From positions 1,036,886 to 1,100,885 of the forward strand of contig CM082597.2 of NCBI GenBank assembly GCA_040954595.2: 64,000 nucleotides of DNA, read 5' to 3'. Every line of letters starts with the position of its first letter. Position 1 is the first letter of the stretch. Origin of the DNA: Balanoglossus misakiensis (Eukaryota > Animalia > Hemichordata). The translations under genes were made by a program, and so were the position numbers. Positions 53,501 to 64,000 of this stretch are shown here, one piece after another. The notes under the pieces are model-generated. The model saw only the letters and a program-made list of their open reading frames with translations. It was not told the DNA's origin and did not search any database.

Positions 53501-56500
53501 GCTTTCAAATTATCCAGGTGAGGCGTTTACTTCATGTCAGCATAGGTACTGATCCCTGAAATTATACATGTGATTATACATCCCTGACAATGCTTTGTTA
53601 TTCTACCTTTCAGCATATAAACTCCGTCTACTTTCTGCATTTAACGATATGTTGTCCCATTTCGGAAAACAAGCGAAGAATCGAGCTGTAGGTATACGAC
53701 TTATTTACAAGCACATTATTGGCTTTCTTCCCACTGTTCAGGGAGACCATGCTAACCGCTACATATTATATCAAAGTAACTTGGAAATGTGATAAAAAGT
53801 AACGACGCATTGTTTGCCCTAGCGTACAGTGTAACACAGAGTATCAGCCGTATTGTTTGTAATTGTAGCAGATACACTGCAGTGCAATACAAAGTAACAA
53901 CTACATTATTTACAATGATGTACAGTGTAGCAGATACACTACACTGTAATACAAAGTAACAACTACATTGTTTACAATGATGTACATTGTAGCAGTTACA
54001 CTACAGTGCAATACAAAGTAACAGCTACATTGTTTGCAATGTTGTACATTGTAGCAGTTACATTTTCAGCCTATTGTGACTTGCGAGCAGCTGTGTCATA
54101 TGACACCCATATACCCGCACCCACAGATGGGTTGGAAGACCCTTTAGGCTCTTAGTAATTTTCCCTTCCTTTCATGTTTCTACTTAGGGCATTGGGGGTC
54201 ACATCATGACTGCAAGTCCATCATCTGACTTGATTCCTGTTCTAACAGCAGCGGGATGTACCGTGACCTTAGTATCTACCAATGGTAAGATATAATTATT
54301 GCATGTATGGTCCCCCTCCCACTTTAATTTATGGTCACTTGTGCATTAGAGTTATTAAAAAATCCTGTATTTGTATGTTTACCAAAGAGGAGGTTCAAAT
54401 TAAAATATCAAAGACAATCTTTGTGTTTTCCAGGGTCTCGTCGAACAACTGCATTGCATGACGGGTTCTTCACTGACTTCCGGAAAACCTGTGTCAAAGA
54501 GGACGAACTTCTTCTGACTGTGGATTTCCCGTTCACTAAAGAAGTAAGACTAGATGCTATTTCACGAAATTTAAGCTTAAGCTACTTCGGAATACACTTT
54601 ACTTGTCATGAGCCGGAATCTTCTGTTTAAAACACACATTTCTTAAATTAATACCGTACAGGAAGACTATTGCCATGGTTACAAGGTCAATAAAGTTCTT
54701 CACAGACGCGATGGTAAAATCGACATGCTGAATGCTGGGATGTTTGTAGCCTTCGAACAAGACCACGTGACTGTGAAGACGTTGCGACTGTATTTCGGAG
54801 GAGTTGGGGCTACTGTAGTATCAGCAAGGAAAACACAACAGGCAATCATTGGAAGGTAGGTCTAGAAATCGACTTATGTATGCATAGAAGCGTCTCGGTG
54901 ATAATGAAGGAGATCAAACGGCAGACAAAAGTCACCAACGTCTGTGTAATTTGCCGTCTTAACCTGAACTTTGTTTTTTGTTGCCACAACCCTTTACGCC
55001 GACACTATATTTCAGAACTTGGGACGAATCTCTCCTTACTGAAGTCCTGGATCAACTGGTACACGAGCTCTCAATTTCGGGACAAGCTACAGAATACAGA
55101 CGGTCTCTGATTCTTGGGTTCTTTTTCAAGTTTTACTGGTCAGTGTTCAAGGGAATCTCGTTCCAACGAGAAGTCCGCGACATACCTGCAACTTACAAGA
55201 GCGTAACTGAACAGCAACACGAAGCTAGACATCCACTGAAAAGTGTTCAAAGTTTTCAGGTAAACGCGAAATGAATATTTGTACTATAACTGCTCATCTA
55301 TCTTGGCTGCGTTTTGATTAAAGTCGTGAATGGTCTTACTTTTTATATTTTAACCTCCTATCAATGTTGCAGGAAGTAGCTAGTGGTCAGTCAGACTCTG
55401 ACGCTGTAGGACGACCTGTCACCCACGCTGCTGCACTACAGCAAACAACCGGGGAAGCTATTTATTGTGACGATCTGCCACCTGAAAGAGGCGAGTAGAT
55501 TCTAATTTAACTCATACTTTTTTAGAAAAAGCTTATTTTGATATTATTGCAGCCATTAGCATACGATTCTCGGCCAACCCAACGCTACATGCCTACATAC
55601 ATACATATAACACTCACTCAATATCTCAATATTTCAATATCTCATCAGTTAATTAACACCTGTGTCTGTTCTTTTAGGGGAATTACATATGGCATTTGTA
55701 AAAAGTTCTAAGCCGCATGCCAAAATCCTGTAAGTATGTTAAGGTCACATTTGATCTCAAATTCAACCAGTTCTGACTTTTGCATTGTTACTGATGAATG
55801 GTTTATTCGTTTTCAGTTGTGTTGATACAACAGCTGCTCTGAGGGTTCCAGGTGTCAATTGCTTTGTCGGTCCAGATGATATACCAGGTGCTAATAACAA
55901 TGTGTTTGCGTCGGAGAAGGTTTGTCTTCTATCTCTACTCCCCGGTCACAGAATTTGGAATATATGTTTAGTACGATCCCTATTTTGTACTGACTTCTCA
56001 AAATACTTCAGCAGGATTCAGAGATAGGAACATTTCTATATTAGGAATGTTTACGGCTGCATATTTAGAGACTTTTTAGACAAGTTATAGAGTATTTATA
56101 GTCCAGTTCAGAGAAATGGTTGTGTTTAACTGCATTTCTATTTATATACTACCACATGTAAAATGTCCTATTTATGTCAGTCATGAAACTTAATATGAAG
56201 GCACAAGCTGACAGACGAATTGGTAGATTTTGACCTAGCCGGAAGTACTCCATCTCCAAATAAATCACACTCAAATTCTTTCTGGCAGGTATTTTATGTC
56301 GGCCAACCAATAGGAGCCGTCCTTGCATCCAATAGATACATTGCCGAACAAGCAGCTAGTCTGGTTCGAGTTGAATATGAAGGTTTGGAACCCATTCTAA
56401 CTATGGAGGTGAGTGTCTTACGGACCTGTATGTGACCTTCTCATCAACGTTCGCTTTGAAATTTTGAACAAGTCACGCACATGATAAGAAACAGTTCTGG

Positions 56501-59500
56501 TGATAAACAGGACTGGTCTTCAAAACCCCCTTTACTGTCTTTTAATAGGAAGCTATCGAGAAAGAATCATTTGGAATGGAAAGACGGATACACGAAGTTG
56601 GAAACGTAGACGAAGAATTCGAACGCTGCGATCACGTTATGGAGGGTGAACTACGTTACGCAACCCATGAACATTTCTACATGGAGACACACAGTTGTAT
56701 CTGCAAACCACGTGAGAATGACGAAATGGAAATTATTGCTGCTAGTCAAGCTCCCCATTTGCTACAGGTACATTCTTCTATTTTTTTTAATATCAGCGAT
56801 AAACAATGTAGAAAGTAGATGGTACACAAGTCCCAAAACTAAGTTTATGACCCCTATATGATATTTACATTATGTCAATTTGTTGGTATGACTCTGGGAC
56901 AGTCAATGAGATCTACACTCTAATTCTTAATTGTAATATAACCAAGAAAGACATCACAGCTCGACATTATGGATGTTTCTTACTGTTCAGATGGGTGTAG
57001 CAACGACCCTGGGAATTCCTTCACACAAAATCAACTGCAAAGTTAAAAGACTCGGAGGTGGGTTCGGAGGGAAAATTAATTTCATCATTTCCATGGCTGG
57101 GGCTGTAGCTGTGGCAGCCAACAAGTAAGTGAACTATGTCTGTCTGTCTCGATTCTATTGTCTACAACTGTCCCTATCCGTTGGACACGTTGTGAGGGAA
57201 TCGGTTGAATAATGGCAAAACTTAGATGTACCTCGAAACATACTCTATTGGGTCTGTTTATATTGTACCAACCCTAGTGTAATTTTTTCTGAAATGGTTA
57301 TGAATGTCACCACTTAATGGTGGTCAAAATTAAATATTAATTTTCCATCAGGACAAAGAAAGCTGTTCGAGCAGTTTTGAGCAGAGATGACGACATGCAG
57401 ATGTCAAGGCGACATTTTTCGATGATTGCTCGATACAAGGCAGGCTACTCGGCTGAAGGTCGCTTGAAGGCTATTGATTGTACAATGTACGGTAATGCTG
57501 GAAACAGCGACGGTTCGGGAATCGCAGGGGTGAGTTTGCTGCTTCGGTGTAGGTGCCTTAAAGGGGTAGCGTCGTCTGAACTACACATGCGCGTCTTTGC
57601 TATTTACACTGTCTGCATTCTTCCTGCTGTTCAGGGAGACCGTTACATATTATTTAAAAGTAAATTGGAAATGCGATAAAAAGTAGCGACGCATTGTTTG
57701 CCATCGTGTACAGTGTAATACAAAGTAACAACAACGGTTTGTGATGCTGTACATTGTAGCAGTTACACTTTGTTACACTTGCCAACAACTGTGTCACATG
57801 GGAACCATACCGCAACCACAGACGGATATGGGCCCACTCTTGATGTTGAAAAAAATTGTTAAGTTCTGTCTCTTTTTATGTCCATCGCAGGGTTTGAGAA
57901 CAGCCATTTCAGTACTAGATCAAGCCTACAAGATCACGGCATGGAGAGTGCGCCCTCTAACCTGCATAACGAATTTGCCTCCGTTTGGTCCATTACGAGG
58001 CTTTGGGTCACAGCAAGGTCATATGATCACGGAGAATATCATCGAAAACATTGCAGTAAAATGCGGCATTAGTCAAATACAGGTAAAACCACAAGAAAGT
58101 ACTTATTTACAGTGCAGGCATCATCCTGTCCAGAAGGCTTTGATAAGCATTGGATATTATCACTAACGACTACAAGCTCGTGATTGGCCGAAACGAATGT
58201 ACTAATTTGAATATAACAATGTGTTAAATCAGTACAGGTGACAACTTGATGAAATAATGTATTGTTTTCCATACAAACCATCAACATCATATCTTGGAAA
58301 TATTTTGACTACAAATAAAAACCTCAAGTGTAAAAGTATTTCTCTGATTGAAGGTAAGAACAAGCACTGAGCAAGGCTTGAAAGTGTAAGTTACTTCACG
58401 AACAATATCACCAGCATTTTCTCCGAAACAGGTCAGAGAGCTGAATATGTACACCGAAGATCACAAGTTTGATCATTTGAATCAACCTTTAAACCAAGTG
58501 AGAAATATTAGACGGTGCTGGGAAGAATGCATGGTTAAAAGTGACTACCAACGAAGACGAAATCAAGTAGATCGGTATAACAGGTATGATTGATTTATCA
58601 ATGAAATTGAGCCAACATGGAGAATCGAATGGCAATCAGGTTTTAAATCTGGCATGAATCCAATATCATTTTCCTATTTCAACATTGATCATCTATTCAT
58701 TTTTCCAGGGAAAATCGCTGGAAGAAGAAGGGCATATCAATAATTGTTACAAAACGCAGGGTTGGCTTAACTGGCAGGTTGGGACAGGTAAGTCGCGACA
58801 CAATCACGTTTTAGGTAAATTTCATTTTCTCCTTATGTTCCCTAACTTTTATATTGGCTTGAAAATTTCCTGAAACGGTTTTACTGAGATTTGATCTTTG
58901 CTCTTCAGGCAGGAGCTCTAGTCCACGTCTACACCGACGGCAGCGTTTTGATATCCCACGGTGGGGTAGAGATGGGACAAGGTTTGTTCACCAGGTGTAT
59001 CCAGGTGGCCAGTAGAGTTCTTGGAATTCCAACAGAACTCATTTACATAAATGAGATGGCAACTGACAAAGTTCCGAATGCTACATTGACAGCAGGATCG
59101 TGCGGGAGTGATTTGTATTGCCATGCCGTGAGGGTAAGTGGCGCCTGGTTCTATATTTCTCAAGTCAGTGGTCCTGAAACCCTTCACGTTGTGGAGTAGT
59201 AAGAATTTACAGAACATCCACATGTACAACTTGATATTCTACCTCAGGACAGTAGCAATATATTCCCTTGACTTTACACCCCACAGATTGCATGTGAGAA
59301 AATCAAAAGGAACCTTGACTCTGTCATAATGGACAACCCAAAAGGGACGTGGACAGATTGGGTAAGTGACACGCCTTTTCTAGAGCTTGCATAGTATGAC
59401 AACTGAAATCAAGTCCGGCATTGAATTTAATTTTTAACACAGAGAAACGGATTACTATGACTTGTCACATACTACATACCACCATTCATATTATGGAGAA

Positions 59501-60835
59501 CCATACAACTAATATTACAACAAATATTATCTTTTTCTCATTTCTGCCACAGATAAAATCGGCCTATCTGAAACGTGTCTGTTTATCCGAGACTGGGTTC
59601 TATAGGTATGTATAACGTTAATTAACTACAATTATTTGTCAGTGGCAACACTGCGTATAGTGCACACATTTAAGAAGGAGGGTTCGTACACATTTACATG
59701 GCTTATCGCCAAGATTATTTGGGGGTGCGAACTTTTAGCAGACATGCTAGCTAAAAAGGCTGTTTCTTCGTATTATTAGGACTCCAGGTGAAGGTTTTGA
59801 CTGGGAAACGATGACGGGTCGACACGGCAATTACTTTGTGTATGGCTGTGCATGCGCAGAGGTGGAGATAGACTGTCTGACCGGAGACTTTGAAGTGTTG
59901 AGAACAGATATCGTAATGGATGCTGGGGAGAGCCTTAGTCCTGCTATCGACATAGGACAGGTATTTAATTTTAATCAGGTGATTTTCATGCAAACGGACA
60001 TCTGTTAATACACAGATACGTCACAAGTACGTAGGCCTACATGTTTGTGTATCACCATGTTATTTAGTGTCTTTTAACACTCACACAAGCTGCTTTTATG
60101 TAGATCGAAGGAGGCTTCATACATGGCTATGGAATGTTCACAATGGAAGAAGAGCTGAGATCCTCTACAGGAGAATTGTTGACTATAGGACCGGGATTAT
60201 ACAGGATTCCAAGAGTGAATGACATACCACAGGAATTCAATGTACATCTCCTCAAAGGAGCACCCAACAATCTTGGCGTTTGTTCGTCAAAGGTATGTTT
60301 TTTAACAGTAACCCTGAACAACCATTACAGCGAAACAGCGGCCATTTCATGAGACGTTGGTGATTATTGTCGCGGTTTTCAGTTTACATGAACGAGTGGA
60401 TCATTCTATGTTACCGAAAGCATATTATGATGAACTATAGTAACAAAAATACAGCCACATAAAATTCTATCCTGATTATACCTCTTATCTAGAGTGGAAA
60501 ATTTTGTTACAATATGTATGAATAGAACTGTACTTACCATTCCTCACATGCACTGTCAATCCAATCCCTACATCTCACGCTTTCGATGGAGTTTTGTCAA
60601 ACACTGACATGGTCCTTCCGGTAAAGAGTTGTCATATTTACATTGGCATTCTTTATTACAGAATCTTGGTGAGCCACCAGTATTCCTAGGGGCTTCGGTG
60701 TTCTTTGCCATCAAGGACGCCCTCTATTCTGCCAGAGCTGATGCAGGTGTTCATGGTATATTCAAATTAGATTGTCCGGCAACTACTGAACGAGTTCGAA
60801 TGGCGTGCGTCGACCAGTTTACAAATGCAGTTTAG
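50527..60835 (+). CDS. Xanthine dehydrogenase/aldehyde oxidase-family molybdo-flavoenzyme (AOX-like), 30 exons, ~1318 aa
   Basis: Motifs: [23 protein letters not shown] and [12 protein letters not shown] (two 2Fe-2S centres); FAD domain; Moco motifs [27 protein letters not shown] and LGEPP. Exons spliced by hand: 50527-50583, 51455-51512, 51795-51891, 52068-52173, 52339-52527, 52660-52755, 52854-52934, 53094-53235, 53350-53517, 53614-53687, 54188-54284, 54434-54543, 54662-54855, 55016-55259, 55373-55490, 55678-55729, 55817-55919, 56289-56408, 56549-56767, 56991-57124, 57352-57529, 57891-58082, 58432-58583, 58709-58787, 58909-59133, 59287-59361, 59553-59605, 59780-59960, 60104-60292, 60662-60835; 3957 nt in frame. 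Confidence 0.93.
51513..51794 (+). other. U12-type (minor spliceosome) GT-AG intron 2 of the AOX-like gene
   Basis: 5' site GTATCCTT; branch point TTCCTTGAC at 51774-51782, close to the AG. Confidence 0.9.
51892..52067 (+). other. U12-type GT-AG intron 3 of the AOX-like gene
   Basis: 5' site GTATCCTTT; branch-like TCTTGAC at 52052-52058, just upstream of the AG; no polypyrimidine tract. Confidence 0.85.
53864..54062. repeat. 62-bp minisatellite (3+ units) in intron 10 of the AOX-like gene
   Basis: tgtagcag(a/t)taca starts at 53864, 53926, 53988 and 54050 (period 62). Confidence 0.9.
55491..55677 (+). other. GC-AG intron (intron 15 of the AOX-like gene)
   Basis: GAG|gcgagt donor is needed to join YCDDLPPER to GELHMAFV in frame. 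Confidence 0.8.
57600..57835 (+). repeat. Second copy of the intron-10 element (~53700-54140), in intron 21
   Basis: Shared ctgttcagggagacc..tacatattat..aaagtaa.ttggaaatg.gataaaaagta.cgacgcattgtttgcc and the downstream tgtacattgtagcagttaca..ctgtgtca.atg..ccacaga.gg. Confidence 0.85.
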
Positions 60836-61840
60836 CGAGCACTCACCAGCAGATATTATCCAGGACCCGTTCCTTGCTCAATGGAGGCGCTGCGCTACAC
60901 TCTGCTGTCCCAAAGTAGGTGTAGTAGTCACTAAAAGACAAGTATTTACCGCTATTTGGAATCCCATGTTGTCCAGTCGTAAACACGTCTTGCACACGTG
61001 TAGTAGACCTGCACGTCATTACTCATGCGCAATGCGTATAGAACAGCGCCACCATTGGGTAAGCAACGAACTATCTTTTGTGTTGTGCCTACAATTCCCT
61101 CAGGGAATAGAAATGATGTACAATGACGTCGATATTTTACAGAAACATAATCGAGTACTTCTTGTATGGAACACTTACGGGTAATTTTAGCAGTATATTT
61201 TTATGATTTTAACTTGAGCACGTTAACGTTTATTGCTCTCTGAAACATCTAATTCTTGAAATCCATCGAAAGTTACGATAATTTGAAGGCTTGTAAACAT
61301 TTGCTGAATTCTTTTGTATTAATTTCGTGTTTTTTAATTAGGTGGTACATCTCTGATCATTGTTTTTGGATTCTTAGACGCTATATGATGAAAATAAAAA
61401 TTAATAATAATGTTGTTGTTGTTTGTTTGTCGTTGTTGATAAATGTGACACGCGAGATCAAATAGAACATAGAACAAAGACACAGGAGACAGGTAACAAT
61501 AATCAGTTTTATTTAGAGCCTGACATTTAAACAAACGTGTCCATCCCCACCCCATCTGGTGTTAAAATATAGAATTTCTAATTATAGGCAGCAATTGCTA
61601 TTTCTTCGTCAACACCATCACCCAAAGGTAAGTCTTGCATTATTGACACCTGTTCGCCTCTAAGCCCACGAAAAGGGAACAGTTTTAATGAAAGTTGTGA
61701 TTATTATTTTGAAGAAACTTATGAACTAATTATGGATTCGTGTTTTACAGAAAGCATAAACAACGTCACCATTTTAAAATATCATTCTTAATGATATTTT
61801 CGTTGATCCTCTTGGTCAGTTGGAGAGATGCCCGCGAATT

Positions 61841-64000
61841 TCATGGAATGCTTTTTCCACGCTTGGCAAATTCGTCCATGCACGCCATTCGAACTCGTTC
61901 AGTGGAAGAAGGACAATCCAGTCTGAATACACCATGGACTCCACCATCAGCTCTGGCTGAATAGAGGGCGTCCTTGATGGCAAAGAACACAGAACTTCCA
62001 AGGAAAACTGACGGTTCACCCATACTCTAGAAAAAATAATAGGTTATTTACAACAATTTTCGGAGAGAAAAAAAGACTTTAGTCATTATGGTAATCACTT
62101 AAAGCCAAAACTGATAATGCCTACCTTTGATGAACATATGCCAAGATTATTAGGTGCCCCTTTAAGGAGATGTACATTGAATTCCTGTGGTATGTCATTG
62201 ACTCTTGGAATCCTGTATAATCCTGGTCCTACATTCAACAATTCTCCTGTAGAGGATCTCAGCTCTTCCTCCATTGTGAACATTCCATAGCCATGAATGA
62301 AGCCTCCTTCGATCTAATGCACAAAAATACGACAGTTTAACATTTAAACTAAAATAATCTATGCGTAGTGGTTTTACTGGTTTCTGACCGAATCTGTGTC
62401 ATTCATTATGGACACATACTTGATTCAAAGTATCTAGTTTTTAGTTAAGAATTACAAGATACCTGTCCTATGTCGATAGAAGGACTAAGACTGTCTCCAG
62501 CATCCATTACAATATCTGTTCTCAACACTTCGAAGTCTCCGGTCAGACAGTCTATTTCCACCTCTGAGCATGCGCAGCCATACGCAAAGTAGTAACCATC
62601 GCGACCAGTTTTCTCCTTCAGGTTGAAACCTTTACCGGGATGCCTAAAAGGTACATATCCATCGGTTACTTTACTACTTAAAGAGCAGACCATCGTCATA
62701 TCTAACAACTTCAAAGAACAGTTGCCCTTAACAATCAAATACACAAATGCTAAATTCATCCAGTGCAGTTGTGAATTTCAATTTATGATACCCAACGTAC
62801 TTGTAAAATCCAGTGGTAGACAAAGATACTCGATTCGTGTAAGCGGATTTTACCTGTAATATAGCATAACATAACATCACATTACATAACATTACAAGGT
62901 GTTCCCCTTATTGAGAAATGCGGACTTGAGAAATAAAATATCATTTTCGTGTGATATTAGTAATATTATTGTATTATTTCTAGTACACGATAGCTGTTGT
63001 ACCATCTGAAATACGTGAATGGTTGGACTTACCCAATCCTTCCATGATCCCTTAGGGTTTTCTATCATCATCGGTTCAAGGTTATGTTTGATTTCTTCAC
63101 ACGCTATCTGTAGAAACGATAATTAAAGCCTTCTTAGTGAAGTACATGGAAACAAGTGGCATATGGTTACAGTTCTCGCTTTATGAATTCTCAAAACATC
63201 ATGATCCATGGAGTTAAAATTATCAGTTACCTTTACAGCGTTGCAGTACAAATCAGTTCCGGAAGTACCCCCAGTCCCTGACGTATTAGGCACCTTGTCA
63301 GTTGACGTTTCATTTATGTAAATGAGTTCTGTAGAAATTCCAAGAACTCTACTGGCCACCTGGATACACCTGGTGTACAAACCTTGCCCCATCTCTATCC
63401 CTCCGTGGGTTATCAACACAGTGCCATCTGTATATACATGTACCAGTGCTCCAGCCTACAAAACAATCGCCAAAATGTTAGACCGAGAGTATAAGCAATG
63501 CTTTTGGCAAAGCATGGCATTACAGTTCCCTAATAGATACCATATTGTCAATCTCTGATAATATTGAGTGAATAACATAATTAAGGAGAGTTGCAATCAC
63601 TGTTTAGCAATTGAGTACACAAGGGTAACGGGGCAAACAACTTATAAATATCTGATTATCTGTTCTGGACAACTTACCTGTCCAGGGGTGCCCGTCAAAC
63701 CAACCTTGCGTTTTGTAGCAATAATAGATATGCCCTTCTTTTTCCACCGATTTTCTCTGGTCAAGAAGATGCACCGGTTAAATCATTTCGCAGTTATTAA
63801 ATTTCCTTTTGGTTCGATTCCATAAAGTAGTACATTAATTCAATATTTGCTTTTAATCATACCTGTTAAACTGATCCACTTCATTTCGTCTTCGATGGTA
63901 GTCACTCTTAACCATGCATTCTTCCCAGCATCGTCTGATGTTTCCTGGTTGGGTTAATGGTTGGTTTGCATGATCAAACTTGTCATCCTTGGTGTACATG
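61841..64000 (-). CDS. 3' eight exons of a paralogous XDH/AOX-family gene running off the right edge: 63863-64000 (partial), 63678-63756, 63231-63455, 63033-63107, 62801-62853, 62463-62643, 62125-62313, 61841-62026
   Basis: Motifs [26 protein letters not shown] and MGEPS. Internal exon sizes (79, 225, 75, 53, 181, 189) are identical to those of the plus-strand gene. Confidence 0.92.

Noticed and set aside
53864-54062. Regularly spaced repeats as a CRISPR array
   Set aside because: Whole 62-bp units repeat with no unique spacers; the repeat is in a eukaryotic intron with no cas genes.

Overview
Intron-rich, AT-rich genomic DNA from a metazoan, most likely a bilaterian invertebrate; it has GT-AG, GC-AG and U12-type introns and no prokaryotic features. 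Most listed ORFs are exon fragments or noise. (1) Bases 1-~36.7 kb hold the 5' part of a large minus-strand gene that I cannot name. One common exon (65-204) appears to be fed by an array of 4 strong and up to 4 weaker alternative first coding exons, all in splice phase 2. Its introns contain degraded LINE, Penelope and MITE sequence. (2) A 5-exon, GPI-anchored, two-domain Ly6/uPAR-type gene lies at 42650-44883 (+). (3) An 8-coding-exon secreted proteinase K/PCSK9-like subtilase lies at 47088-49139 (+) and stops just after the catalytic-Ser helix. (4) A complete 30-exon xanthine dehydrogenase/aldehyde oxidase-family gene (50527-60835, +, ~1318 aa) has two consecutive U12 introns, a GC-AG intron and a non-XDH active site. 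(5) The 3' part of a close paralog sits tail-to-tail on the minus strand (61841-64000). All gene models were spliced by hand and reference comparisons are from memory; no searches were run.
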